Positions 29,280 to 45,880 of a DNA stretch of 64,000 nucleotides are shown piece by piece. A program made the position numbers and the translations under genes. Every line of letters begins with the position of its first letter. Within the stretch, counting starts at the first letter, position 1. Source of the stretch: the human T2T-CHM13v2.0 reference genome, Homo sapiens. The notes under the pieces were generated by a model. It made no database searches. It was not told where the DNA came from and worked only from the letters and a program-made list of their open reading frames with translations. The DNA lies in NCBI RefSeq assembly GCF_009914755.1, contig NC_060931.1; one strand, given 5' to 3'.

Positions 29280-29709
29280 CAGGCCGTAATATGAAAACAT
29301 CACTATTGTAAAACCTAGGACTGGTGCTTGAGGTATTTTTCAGACCTTGCACTCTGACAGACCAGCTTTTGCCACCTGGACTGGTCACTCATGTCGAGAA
29401 ATAGGCTCAACTGGTCTTGTGACCTCTTACCCAGGAAATGACTCAGTGCAAGAGGCCAGCTTTGAGCTCCTGAGGTTTCATCCCCAACTCAACCAATCAG
29501 CATTTTCCACTCCCTAGCCTCTTGCCTACCAAAAAATCCTTGAAAAACTCTAGCCTCTGAGCACTCTGAGGCTGATTTGAGTAATATCCTTCCATCTACT
29601 GCTTGGCTAGCCCTGTGCTAATTAAACCCTTTCTCTACTGCAATACCGCTATTTCAGTGAACCAGTTTTATCTGTGAAACAGGCAAGACGTACCCACTGG
29701 GCCATTACA
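29280..29709 (+). mobile_element. LTR8-like ERV1 LTR, 3' portion
   Basis: CATCACTATTGTAAAACCTAGGACTGGTG, ACCCAGGAAATGACTCAGTGCAAGAGG, ACCAATCAGCA, ATTAAAC, ends ATTACA. Confidence 0.75.
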
Positions 29710-29785
29710 CATATATGAATAAGTAATGGAAAAGAAATGCATTAACTCCCAGCCACTTTCTAGTGAACCTATTCCTACTAAACAC

Positions 29786-30311
29786 TGAGAGAAATTAAAA
29801 TATTTCACCTCAAAATACATTTCTTTGACATATTTTGACATAGCTGCCACTTGGGCAGCAGGCAGAAATGGCCCTGCAAAGCTGTCTTTTGAGGGGAAAA
29901 TTTGCATCTGTAGGGAATCTGCATTAATGCAGCCAGTTCTCTCCCTTTTTATAATTTTCCTGGATCTAGGAGAGATTCAGTCTGACACCTTTAAAAGTCC
30001 AAAATGAAACATTTATCCTCTATTCCCTCTAAGGAAGGCTTCATCTACATTACAAGGCCACCTTTGCTAGCCAAGCCTCTTCTCCCTTCTCCCATGACCT
30101 GTTTTACCAGAATCTAAGCCCCTTTTTTTGTGACCTCAAAATGGTTTGTAAGATTATGTAACTCACTGGGAAGTTGGGTCTTAATTCTGAAGGCTCCTGT
30201 GTATACACATTAAATAAATTTGTATGCCTTTTCTTCTGGTAATCAATCTGTTTCATGTCAGTGATTTGTAGTGAAACTTTAGGGGACCAAGAGCCTATGA
30301 CTTTCACCACA
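29786..30311 (+). mobile_element. MER34/MER39-group ERV1 solo LTR
   Basis: AAAATATTTCACCTCAAAATAC...GGCCCTGCAAAGCTGTCTTTTG...TTAAATAAATTTGTATGCC...CACCACA. Confidence 0.75.
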
Positions 30312-30879
30312 TCAAGACAAATTGTCTCAATTCCCAGTTTTTTAGTCTATGGAGAGGAAGTTTTGCTTAGCCTGTACATATCATGATAAGATCGTTCAAT
30401 TGTATTAATATAACCTAGGTATTACCTAAGGTCACCCTGTTCTTTGCAATTTAAATCAAATTGGTTCTATTACCCAGTTCCTTTGTGCTTTCTATGTTTC
30501 GTGGTCATTTCTGACTCTCCTCCATTCCTGTTTCAGCTGACCTCTTAATCTCACTCTTGCTTTATTTCAGTTGGCTGTCAATTCTCTTTACTTTATTATA
30601 CAGAGAAATTTAGCTCTTCTCTTTGTACTTGTATTGTGTCTGCCTTTATATATCAAAAGACTCTAAAGTTTCTGCTAAAACAAAGGCTATGGGTTCTGGG
30701 CCTCACTTTTGAGCAGCAAAGAAGGAATGTCAGTAGCTTTGAAATATAAAACTTTCATACTGTTTCCTCATTTTGAAGTCTCTGTAAGTGGAAGAAAACC
30801 CTGTTCTGCTGAGAGTTTCAAGATGTATAGAACTATGCTACCACCAGTATCCCCAAAATCTTAGAAAAGGAAAGGTGCA

Positions 30880-31362
30880 ACAGTCAGTTTTTCTTTTAGA
30901 AATAATATTTTGCACACGCAGAAATGATCAATCAATACACGAGTAATGCTTACTAATCAGCATTTACATGCAAATGTAGCAAGATTTTCACCTGAGTTAG
31001 TAACAGCACACAGAGTTGGAAATAATATGTTTGGGTACATCTGATTGATAAACTATTTTTGCAACCCTCTTGCAAAAAGGGCATGTGACCTAGTACTAAT
31101 AAGCTGGAGGGAACTTAGCAAGGCCTCTTTGTCCAGATTCTTCTTGACTTTTGAGTATACAGTGAGATCGCTGGGGAATGAGTGTCTTAAGATCTACTTC
31201 CAGATAAGCTAGGTCAGAGAATTCTTTTCATGGCCTTAAAGGAGAAAGCTGAGAGAAAGTCAGAGAATTACCTTCTGGTTCTATGGTTTTCTCAATTTCC
31301 TCAGCTTAGAATACTCAGTATGCCCAGGTGCCATATTTTGGAATATTTTTTTCTGAACCCTA
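30880..31362 (-). mobile_element. ERV1 LTR fragment (MER34/MER39/LTR29 group)
   Basis: Minus strand starts GGGTTCAGAAAAAAATATTCCAAAATATGGCAC, typical of this group. Confidence 0.5.
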
Positions 31363-31364
31363 AG

Positions 31365-31490
31365 AAAGATGAGTAAGCTCTAGAAATCTACTATACAACA
31401 TTGCACCTATAGTAAACAATAACGTACTGTACACTTAAAAATATGTTAAGAGGATAGGCTTCATGTTAAGTGTTCCTGTCATACACACAC
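31365..31490 (+). mobile_element. L1MA/MB 3' end fragment
   Basis: GATGAGTAAGCTCTAGAAATCTACTATACAACATTG...TCATGTTAAGTGTTC. Confidence 0.7.
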
Positions 31491-31974
31491 TGAAAAAGAC
31501 TTTAGTGTCCATTAAAAGGCAGGTATTATACAGTTACTACCACCCTAATGCCAACCTCTGTGAGTAATTAGGAAATACTAAAAGAGACTTCCTAATTTTC
31601 TAATCTTTCTTCCCTTTTCTGTCTAGTATACAGTTTTATTTTTTAACATAATATATTAAGCATAGCACTGTAAACCAGAAATGTTTTTTTAAAAATCAGA
31701 ATCTACTTTTAAAGAGTTTATTCAAGCAAAAAGCTGAGAATGTCCATTTGGGACACATGGACTACAGAGAAAGGGGTTCCGTGCTCTGAAGTTAAAAGTT
31801 ACATTCTTGCTTGTAGGCAGAAAAAACAAATGTTACAGGATTTCAATATTTTCTATGCAAGGATGGTTTGAGAGTTAACAGCAAATTAATGAGCTACAGT
31901 TTGTTTCCTTTTCCCCATGGCTTTCTCTCCTCTCCTCTCCTCTCCTTTGCTTCCCTTTCCTTTTCCTTTTCCCT

Positions 31975-32277
31975 TTTCTTTTTTTTTTTGAGATGGAATC
32001 TTGCTCTATTGCCCAGGCTGCAATGTAGTGGCATTATCTTGGCTCACTGTAACCTCTGCCTCCTGGGTTCAAATGATTCTCCTGCCTCAGCCTCCTGAGC
32101 AGCTGGGATTACAGGCACCAGTCATCACGCCCAGGTAATTTTTGTATTTTTATTTTTAGTAGAGATGGGGTTTCACCATTTTGGCCAGGCTGGTCTCAAA
32201 CTCCTGACCTCAAGTGATCCACCTACTTCGGCCTCCCAAAGTTCTGGGATTACAGGCATGAGCCAGCATGCCAGGCC
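31975..32277 (-). mobile_element. Alu (AluS-like)
   Basis: Full dimer flanked by pyrimidine tracts on both sides. Confidence 0.95.
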
Positions 32278-32837
32278 TTCTTCTTTCATTTTTCCTTCCC
32301 TTTTCCTTTTCCTTTCCTTTCCATTTTCCCTTTGCTTCCCCTTCCCTTTCCCTTCCCTTTCCCCTTCCCTTTCTTTTCCCCTTCCCTTTTCCTTTCCCCT
32401 TCCCTTCCCCTTTCCCTTCTCCCTTCCCTTTCCTTCCCCTTCCCTTCCCCTTTCCCTTCTCCCTTCCCTTCCCCCTTCCCTTCCCCATTCTGTTCCCTTC
32501 CTGCTTCCCTTCTTTTTCCCCTTCCCTTCCCACTTCCCTTCCCTTCCCCCTTTCCTTCCTTTTCCCCTTCCCTTCCCACTTCCCTTCTCCCTTTCCTTCT
32601 CCCTTCCTTTCCCCCTTCCCTTTCCTCCCCCCTTCCCTTCCCTTCTCCCTTCCCTTCCCTTCCCCTTTCCCTTCCCTTCCCCTTTCCCTTTCCCTTTCCC
32701 TTTCCCTTCCCTTCCCCCTTCCCTTCCTCCTTCGCTTCCCTTCCCTTCTCTTCCTTTTTCCTTTCCATTTCTCTTTTACTTTCCTTTTCCTTTTCCTTTT
32801 CTTTCTTTTATTTTCCTTTCCTCTTCTTTTTTTTTTT
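32278..32837. repeat. ~560-bp polypyrimidine/polypurine tract (CCCTT/TTCCC-type units)
   Basis: Almost exclusively C/T on the + strand. Confidence 0.95.
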
Positions 32838-32840
32838 CAC

Positions 32841-32931
32841 ATCAGATAGGTAATGTGCCAACATTGAGGGAGGCGCATCTCACACAAGTGCATGAAAACT
32901 CAGTCATCCTGCTTATGAACTACAAAAGGGT
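32841..32931 (-). pseudogene. SNORD13P: U13 (SNORD13) C/D-box snoRNA retrocopy
   Basis: Reverse complement ACCCTTTTGTAGTTCATAAGCAGGATGACTGAGTTTTCATGCACTTGTGTGAGATGCGCCTCCCTCAATGTTGGCACATTACCTATCTGA matches U13 as I recall it, with an internal ~12-nt deletion; followed by an A-tail. Confidence 0.9.
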
Positions 32932-33272
32932 CATTTTCTTTTCTTTGCAGGTGATTTCTATTTTCTTTTCAACTTAAAAAGGTGTATCAATATTCCATCT
33001 TAAGACAATATGGTAGCCATGAAGTCTATGTAAGAAAGGTAAGAGAGAAGTTCATCTATAATGACGATCAGCAGTGACATGAAAAGGGGTCTTCCCTGGC
33101 ATCCTTGAGTCCTTTACAACAGTTAGATAACAATGCAGATAAGGAAGAAGACTAACTTATAATCAGAGAAAAAAGGTTACAGCTGCCTAAGGTATAGCTG
33201 CCTGCCACCTCACACAGAACCCATACTTATATTCCTTTAAGGCTGAAAATAATGAGTTCTAATAGCTTAGAT

Positions 33273-33573
33273 TTTTTTTCTTTTTTTTGAGATGGAGTCT
33301 CACTCTGATCCCCAGGTTAGAGTGCAGTGGTGCAGTCTCAACTCACTGCAACCTCTGCCTCCCATGTTCAAGGAGCTCTCTCTCCTGCCTCAGCCTCCTG
33401 AGTAGCTGGGACTACAGGGGCATGACACCACGCCCAGAGAGTTTTTGTATTTTTAGTAGAGATGGGATTTTGCCATGTTGGCCAGGCTGGTCTCGAACTC
33501 CTGACCTCTGGTGATCCAATTGCCTCAGCCTCCCACAGTGCTGGAATTATAGGCATAAGCCACTGCGCCCGGC
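33273..33573 (-). mobile_element. Alu (AluS-like) with TSD
   Basis: TSD AGCTTAGATTT. Confidence 0.95.
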
Positions 33574-34074
33574 TACAGCTTAGATTTTGAATAACTTATT
33601 TCCACAGTGTTTTGGACATATTTTTAGAACACCACCCCACATTTAAAAGAAACTCATGACATTGTATAAAACAATTAGAACCATAATATTGTTTTGCAGA
33701 ATAAGAATTGATATTCATTGAAATAACTTAACATTATGACCATGTAGTAAGTAACTCCAGACCTGAGATTAAACACTTTGGGATAGGAAGACAGCAATGT
33801 GACTAATTATATGTTGAATAAATCATATTTAGGATAGAAAGTGTAACTATTTTTTTCTAAAAAGATATAATCTTTAACCAAGATTTTATGCCCCAATACA
33901 CCCCAAAATTCTCATGAAAAATAAACTTAGGTGTTTTTATTTTCCAGATTACAAAATTCATACTGAATAAATCAATCTTTTAGAAATCTTGCACAAAATA
34001 GAAAAATAAGAATAATAATGAAATAATAGAATTGCTAATATTCAGAAAGAATTTAGTCTTTTTAAGAGACTGGG

Positions 34075-34250
34075 GGGTAGTGTTAGACACTATCCTAAGT
34101 TTTATGTATATTAACTCACTATTCACAACACTTCCGTTAGTGAGGCGCTATTATCTTGCTTTCATGAAGGTGGAAACTGAGGCACAGGAGGCAGGTGGTG
34201 TGGCTTCCGAGTCAGAGCTCCTGAACTCAAAATCCTATGGCCCTTCCACA
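34075..34250 (-). mobile_element. MIR SINE
   Basis: Core CTATTATC...GAAGGTGGAAACTGAGGCACAG. Confidence 0.7.
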
Positions 34251-35878
34251 TAGACCTTCACGAATGTGTTTAAAATTAGAGTACAATTGTCATCCAATGA
34301 AAGACTTGTTTTCTCAGAGGACAAAATGTAAGAGGTAGAATGAGAGAGTGATGATTTGTTAAGGGGGTTGCTGATATTCTTATCCTGTACGTTTTAGGGA
34401 AGGAAAACACCACCAGTTACCCAGTGAGTTACTTTATTTTGCATTGAGTTTCTAGTCAAGCCTTTGTGGCTGTTCACTGACAGGGGCTTTCAGGCTCAAG
34501 TCATTTTGATACTTTCTTCTTCTTGCATGATAAGCATGCTTTTATTACTAAGACAGAAACTAATGACAGTTTTTCTCTCCTGGAAATCTTTCAATGAATT
34601 TACTTCATCTGAAATTTCAAATATTTGAATTATGTTTTTTAAGCTGACATAGTCTCTCATATATAAAAACAAAACAAAATTAGAAAGCAAAACTATGATC
34701 TCAATTTCATTATGATTTTGGCATGAATTTGGTTTGCAATAGTTGTATTCCTTTTAAGTGAAAATTATGGCATCAAATAAAAATCATGTCTTGGCTTTCT
34801 GGACATAAATAAATTAAAAGTGAGCTAAAACTGCTGAAATATCCATTAAAAATGAGAGGTACTTCTTTTCTTGAGAAAATCAAAGCATTATTTTTTTTCT
34901 TTCAACTAGGTAATAAAGACACTCAAATGAATTTATTTTAAAAAGCTGAAAAAAAGCTTATTTTCAATACAAAACATTTTTTGTTAAAAATAATAATATA
35001 GTGATTTAAGTCAATTTTGCTATTAGTATTCAAGGTCAAAAATATTAGCAGAACTGCAAAGAAGGAAGATTTAACTTACCTGTCAAAAATATAAACTTTA
35101 CCATGGAAAGTTGCTTATTATGAATTAGTTTGAAATGTTGAGACATTAAGCATATGTTTAGTGGTGCTTAACATCAAAAACTTACAGGCAATCTGTTCAT
35201 GTGAATTGTCTGTTCAAGACTTTGGGGTGATTAGACATGCTTAATGAGCAATGAATTTCAGGGAGCTTATGTTAAGCATTAAAAGTGCACCAGTCAAGAG
35301 GTCTAATTGACGAGACATGGAAACATTTTGTCAGAAGTTCAATACAGAGATGGATTCATTTTTAATGCAGTTTGATCTCTTCAGTTCTTCTCTTCCATCT
35401 GGGGGATTCTGGAGAATGTGTCTATGTATCTCTGCACTAAAAAAAGTCTGTTGTGGCCATGTTGAAAGGAAAATTGACTAGGAGAGTTAATTAATTTCTA
35501 TGTACAAAATGACAGGCATTAAAAGAAACTGGTTCCTTTTTCTCCATTGAAAACTCTCAACTTACCTCTCATTGACAATAGCTTTATTTAAAGCATGTTA
35601 TTTCGGATCTTCCACAATGCATTCTGAACATAAAAATTAAATTCAAATGGAAGTATATACAAAAAAAATCAACTCTAGTTTTAATTCTGCCATTTAGTAG
35701 CTGAATCATATTGTATAAATTGCCTAACTTTTAAAACAATGCAAAACTCATCTATAAATTGATGATTCCATAATCTGTGAGGATCATTCCAACCTTAGAA
35801 TTCTATAATCTGTTTGCTATCTGTGAGACTCTAGACAATTTAACTTCTATGAGTTTGTTTTTCCAAGATTGAAGGCCG

Positions 35879-36289
35879 TGTGTGTCCAGATCTAGTCAGG
35901 ACAGCAGAACTGGCATTATAGATTATTCACAGGAGATGTTGAGTGCAGGGCATAGAGACGCAGGTTTTGAAAGGCTGAACACTCAACAAGGGGACTGCAC
36001 AGCTGAGGCTTGGACCTTTAAGGAGACCCATTTTGCATCAAGTACTCAGAAGGTCAAAAAACAGGCATAGGAATCTGCCACTGAGGTATCCTTGCCAGGA
36101 ACTAAGACACAGGAAAGAAGTGCCTTCTTCCCTTCTCCCAGCTCTGAGTCTCCCTCTCAGGTCTCCCATAGGCAGCAAGAAGTCAGTTGGCAGGGGGTGT
36201 GGGAAGTGGAGCTTGCGGCACCCAAACCCAGCCTCACAGAATACACCAGGGTGGGTTTGATGCTGAGAAAAACTGAACCAACAATCACA
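35879..36289. mobile_element. Possible old ERVL-type LTR (LTR33-like)
   Basis: TGTGTCCAGATCTAGTCAGGA...AACAATCACA, TG...CA-bounded ~410 bp; family uncertain. Confidence 0.35.
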
Positions 36290-36569
36290 TGAGGGGAGGA
36301 CATGTCTTTTCTTCAATTAGTCCACCTGATGATTAATCCTCTGAACCCTGGGCCCTTGACGATGATGCTGCTGACTGGCTGAGTCTGAAAAGAGAGTCAG
36401 CAAAGGGAGATAGGGGTGGGGCAGTTTTATAGGATTTGTGTAGGTAGTGGAAAATTATAGTCAAGGGGTTGTTCTCTGGCGGGCAGGACGGGGTCACAAG
36501 GTGCTTGGTGGGGAGCTTCTGAGACTCATTGTCCAGGAGAACGAATTTCATGAGATAATGTCATCAGTT

Positions 36570-37913
36570 TAGTTAGCTCTTCTTGTTGAATTGATCCCTT
36601 TAGCATTATGTAATGGCTTTCTTTGTCTCTTTTGATCTTTGTTGGTTTAAAGTCTGTTTTATCAGAGACTAGGATTGCAACCCCTGCTTTTTTTTTTTGT
36701 TTTCCATTTGCTTGGTAGATCTTCCTCCATCCCTTTATTTTGAGCCTATGTGTGTCTCTGCACATGAGATGGGTCTCCTGAATGCAGCACACTATGGGTC
36801 TTGACTCAATCCAATTTGGCAGTCTGTGTCTTTTAATTGGGGCATTTAGCCCATTTACATTTAAGGTTAATACTGTTATGTGTGAATTTGATCCTGTCAT
36901 TATGATGTTAGCTGGTTATTTTGCTTGTTAGTTGGTGCAGTTTCTTCCTGCATCGATGGCCTTTACAATTTGGCATGTTTTTGCAGAGGCTGGTACTGGT
37001 TGTTCCTTTCCATGTTTAGTGCTTCCTTCAGGAGCTCTTGTAAGGCAGGCCTGATGATGATGAAATCTCTCAGCATTTGCTTGTCTAAAGGATTTTATTT
37101 CTCCTTCACTTATGAAGCTTAGTTTGGCTGGATATGAAATTCCAGGTTGAAAATTTTTTCTTTAAGAATGTTGAATATTGGCCCCACTCTCTTCTGGTTT
37201 GTAGAGTTTCTGCTGAGAGATCCACTGTATGAGGTGTATCCAGCTGTATGAGGTGTCAGTCGGCCCCTACTGGGAGGTTTCTCCCAGTTAGGTGACTCAG
37301 GGGTGAGGGACCCACTTGAGGAGGCAGTCTTTCCATTCTCAGATCTCAAACTCTGTGCTGGGAGAACCACTGCTCCCTTCAAAGCTGTCAGACAGGGAGG
37401 TTTAAGTCTGCAGAAGTTTCTGCTGCCTTTTGTTTAGCTATTCCCTGCCCCCAGAGGTGGAGTCTACAGAGGCAGGCAGGCCTCCTTGAGCAGCGGTGGG
37501 CTCCACCCAGTTCAAGCTTCCTGGCTGCTTTGTTTACCTAGCCAAGCCTCAGCAATGGTAGGCGCCCCTCCCCCAGCCTCACTGCCTCCTTGCAGTTTGA
37601 TCTTGGACTGCTGTGCTAGCAGTGAGCAAGGCTCTGTGGGCGTAGGACCTGCCGAGCCACGTGTAGGATATAATCTCCTGGTGTGCCGTTTACTAAGACC
37701 ATTGGAAAAGTGCAATATTAGGGCAGTAGGGTCCCGATTTTCCAGGTACCCTCTGTCATGGCTTCCCTTGGCTAGGAAAGGGAATTCCCCCACCCCTTGT
37801 GCTTCCTGGGTGAGGTGAAGCCCCACCCTGCTTTGGCTCACACTCTTTGGGCTGCACCCACTGTCTAACCAGTCACAATGAGATGAACCTGGTACCTCAG
37901 TTGGAAATGCAGA
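36570..37913 (-). mobile_element. L1PA inverted 5' segment (5' UTR, end of ORF1, start of ORF2 endonuclease)
   Basis: ORF2 start MTGSNSHITVLTLNVNGLNAPIKRHRL...QQEELT on the minus strand; 5' UTR at 37245-37913. Confidence 0.93.
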
Positions 37914-41958
<4,045 letters not shown>

Positions 41959-42689
41959 ATGCCATCAGTTCAGGCAGGAATTGACCATTTTCACTTCTTT
42001 TGTGATTCTTCAGTTGCTTCAGGCCATCTGGATGAACACATGCAGGCTTGGGCTCACAGGCCTGACATTCCTGTGTTCTTATATTAATAAGAAAAATAAA
42101 ACAAAATAGTGGTGAAGTGTTGGGGCGGTGAAAATGTTTGGGCGTGGTATGGAGAGATCATGGGTGATGTTTCTCAGGGCTGCTTCAAGCAGGATGAGGG
42201 GTGGCGTGGGAACCTAGAGTTGGAGAGATTAAACTGAAGAAAAGTTTTGGGGTAGGGGGTGACATTGTGGGGTTGTTAGAAGGAGCATTTGTCATATAGA
42301 ATGACTGGTGATGGCCTGGATGCAGTTTTGTATGAATTGAGAAAATAAACGATAGACACAAGGTCTGAATAAGAGAAAAAGAAAAACAGGTATTAAAGGA
42401 CTAAGAATTGAGAGGACCTAGGCCATCCAATTAGAGTGTCCAAGCGGGTTCAGTGTAATTATTTGCTTGGTTGGTGAGTTTTTGGGCTCTATCCTTGAGT
42501 TTTTTTATGTTGTCATATACCAGGCCAGATTGATTTAGGTAAAAACAACATTCTTCATTTAGAAATATGCAAAGTCCTCCTTTTTCAGCAGTGAGTAATT
42601 TGAGGCCTATTCCTGTCTTTTTATATTAATAATAAGAAAAACAAAACAAAATAGTAGTGAAGTGTTGGTGTCATGAGGGGAACAGGAAA

Positions 42690-42890
42690 CTGGTCCCATT
42701 TGCAAATTGAATTTTGGGAGTAAGGAAAACTAGTGTGCATGTGCCTGTCCAATTAGCAGGTAGACACAAGTAAGTAGAGGAGCCACAGAGGAAGAAGAGA
42801 CCTTGTGCAAGGCAAAACTGGAAATGAAAAGTGAAAAGATGAGAAAGAGTACTAAAAGATGTGTCCTGCACCCAGACTCCTAGGGATCCA
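42690..42890 (-). pseudogene. env: HERV-H env remnant
   Basis: FCLAQGLFFLCGSSTYLCLPANWTGTCTLVFLTPKIQFANG. Confidence 0.8.
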
Positions 42891-45500
42891 GCTAGGGTGT
42901 CTTCATATGGCTGGGAATCTGGAGTAGGCAAGAGAAGATTGGCAGCCTGGTAAATTTCCTGTCTAGCCTGCTGGAGGACTGGAAGATAGTCGCCCAGAGG
43001 GCAGGTGTCTGGAACAAGGTTGGGGCTGAGCAAGAAAGTGCGTCTATATAAAAGTTGAAATAGACTGTAACCTGTAGCATCTTGAGGGCAGGCTGTAATT
43101 CTGAGAAGGGCAATAGGTAAAAGTACTGTCCTGTCCTTTTTAAGTTGGAGGCTGAGCTTGGTGAGGTGTGTCTTTAAAAGACCATTCGTCTGTTCTACCT
43201 TTCCTGAAGATTGAGGACAGTAAGGGGTATGAAGGTTCTACTGAATACCAAGAGCCTGAGAAACTGCTTGGGTGATTTGACTAATAATGGCTGGTCCATT
43301 ATTGGTCTGTATAGAGGTGAGAAGGCCAAACTTAGGAATTATGTCTGACAGAAGGGAAAAAATGACTGCAGTGGCCTTCTCAGACCCTATGGGAAAGGCC
43401 TCTACCCATCCAGTGAAAGTGTCTACTGGGACCAAGAGGTATATTAATTTCCTGACTTGGGGCATGTGAGCAAAGTCAATTTGCCAGTGCTGGGCAGGGG
43501 CAAATCCCCAAGCTTCATGTGTAGGGAAAGGAGGGGGCCTGAGAAATCCCTGAGGAGTAGAAGAATAGCAGATGGAACACTGAGAAGTGATTTTTTGAGG
43601 ATAGATTTTCATGATGGAAAGGAAATTAGAGGTTTTAAGAGGTGGGCTAGCAGCTTGTAACCTACATGAACAAGGTTATGAAAATTCAACAGAATAGAAT
43701 GGGCCTGTGAGGCTGGAAGGAGATTTTTTTTTTGGGTGTAAGAACCATCTGCCTTGAGTGGGGAGGAACTGATAGATGGAAACTTCAGTGGAAGAGTAAA
43801 TAGAAGTGACTGATGAGAAGGAGAAAAACTGGCCATGAGGGACAGAAGTAGGAATACTGGCTGCTTTTTTAGATGTCTTATCAGCATAATTGTTGCCTTG
43901 AGCAATGGGGCCTGGGGCCCTTTGATGGCCTTTGCAGTGAATGACTCCAGCTTTTTTTTTTTGGAAGTAAAGCGGACTTGAGAAGAGTTTCTATTAAAGA
44001 GGCATTAATGATGGAGGACCTTTGCATAGTGAGGAAACCTATTTCAGCCTATATAACAGCATGGTGGTGTGGGATGTGGAAGGCATATTTAGAGTCAGTA
44101 TAAATATTGACACACAGTCCTTTTGCAAGAGTAAGGGCTCGAGTTAAGGCAGTGAGTTTGGCTTGATGAGAGGTAGTGGAGTGGGGCAGAGCAGTAACCT
44201 CAATGATTGATAGATGTGGAAGATACTATAGCATAGCGTGCCTTTGCTAGTGAGTGGCGATTAGGCCTGGTGGAACTGCCATGAATAAACCAAGTATGAT
44301 CAGGGTGAGGAACAGGAAAAAGGAAATATGGGGAAATGGAGTGAATGTGTGGTGGATCAGAGAGATACAGTTATGGAGGTCAGGTGTGGTATCAGAAATA
44401 ATGTGGGGGCCAGCCTAAAACAGTAAGGTCAAGTTGTTTGGACAGAAAGGCTACAGGGCATGGTCCCAGCTCTTGTGTAAAAATTCCAACTGCACAGCCC
44501 TGCACTTTGGCTGTGTGTAATGAAAAAGGGTTGGGATGAGTTAGGGAGAGCTAGTGTGGGAGCAGCTTTTAGAGCTGTTTTTAAGGAATGGAAAGAGGAG
44601 TGGGGAAAGGATTTAGGATCTATGGGGTCAGCTAGGTTTCCTTTTGTGAGTTTATATAATGGTTTAGTCAGGATGGTAAAACCAGGTATCTAAAGGCAAA
44701 AGTATCCAACCATGCCCAGGAAGGAAAGGAGTTGTTGCTTTGTAGAAGGGGTTGGGGTTTGAGAGATCAGCCAGACACGATCGGCAGGGAGAACACGTGT
44801 GTTTTCATGAAGAATTATGCCGAGGTAGGTAATGGATGGGGAAGAAATTTGAGCTTTGGAGGTGGGTACCTGATATCCTTTGGAGAATAAATGTTGAAGG
44901 AGCAGGAGATATCTTGTTGGGAAGATTTGTAGGAGGGGTATATAGTAGAAGGTCATCAAAATATTCAATAGGGTGAGAAGCAGATGGATGGAAAGAAAGT
45001 AAATCATGAGAAAGGGCTTGACTGAAGTAATGGGGGCTGTCCGTGAAGCCTTGCAGCAATGCAGCCTAGGTAAGTTGCTGAGACTGATGGGTGTCAGAGT
45101 CAGTCCAAGTGAAAGTGAAGAGAGGCTGGGATGAAGGGTGCAAAGGATAGTAAAGAAAGCATCTTTGAGATCTAGAACAGAATAATGGGTTGTGGAGGGA
45201 GGTATTGAGGATAGGAAAGTATATGGGTTTGGCACCATGGGGTGGATAGGCAAAACAACTTTATTGATAAGGTGCAGATCCTGAAATAACCTGTAAGACT
45301 TGTCTGGTTTTTAGACAGGTAAAATAGGGGAATTGTAAGGAGAGTTTATAGGCTTTAGAAGCCCATGTTGTAGCAGGTGAGTGATAATGGGCTTTAACCT
45401 TTTTAAAGCCTGCTGTGGGATGGAATATTGGCATTAAGTGGGGTAAGGGTGATTAGGTTTTAATGGGATGATAAGGGGTGCATGATCAGTTGCCAAGGTA
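42890..45500 (-). pseudogene. pol: HERV-H pol remnants (RT, RNase H, integrase), frameshifted and deleted
   Basis: THYSVLDLKDAFFTI, LQGFTDSPHYF, YFDDLLL, WQIDFAHMP, VDTFTGWVEAFP. Confidence 0.88.
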
Positions 45501-45599
45501 GGAGTAGAGGTGTCTTATGCTTGTGGATTAAGGTGGGGAGACACAAGGGGAGGACGCAAAGGAGGCTTTGAACTGGGGAAAAGGGCAGCAATGAGGTGT

Positions 45600-45880
45600 G
45601 GCTGTAGCCCAGGAATAGTCAGGGAAGTAGATAATTTAGTTAAAATGTCTCAACCTAATAAGGGAGCTGGGCAGGTGGGGATAACTAAAAAGGAGTGCAT
45701 AAAATAATATTTTCCAAGTTGGCACCAGAGTTGGGGAGTTTTAAGAGGTTTAGAAGCCTGGCCGTCAATACCCACAACAGTTATGGAGGCAAGGGAAACA
45801 GGTCCTTGAAAAGAAGGTAATATGGAGTGGATAGCCCCTGTATCAATTAAGAAGGGGATGGACTTACCCTCCACTGTAAG
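45600..45880 (-). pseudogene. pro: HERV-H protease remnant
   Basis: IPFLIDTGAIHSILP aspartyl protease motif. Confidence 0.85.

Larger units (their letters stand above)
31670..33606 (-). mobile_element. ERV1-type LTR hosting two Alus, a polypyrimidine tract and a U13 retrocopy
   Basis: TGTAAACC...AGAGTTTATTCAAGC (AATAAA on minus strand)...CTTATTTCCACA, giving TG...CA termini. Confidence 0.5.

Noticed and set aside
32841-32931. Functional U13 snoRNA gene
   Set aside because: A-tail, internal deletion, altered box C-like motif and location inside an LTR indicate a retropseudogene
32165-32977. 270-aa Phe/Pro/Ser ORF and opposite-strand Gly/Lys/Arg ORFs
   Set aside because: Translation of an Alu plus a polypyrimidine repeat that cannot encode stop codons
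36362-36366. ATGAT as a possible HERV-H TSD matching 48080-48084
   Set aside because: A 5-mer lying 10 bp from a truncated LTR end is plausibly chance; it cannot be supported without an empty-site orthologue
42068-42670. ~55-bp direct repeat at 42068 and 42610 in the HERV-H 3' region
   Set aside because: I recall this as a common feature of deleted HERV-H proviruses rather than something locus-specific
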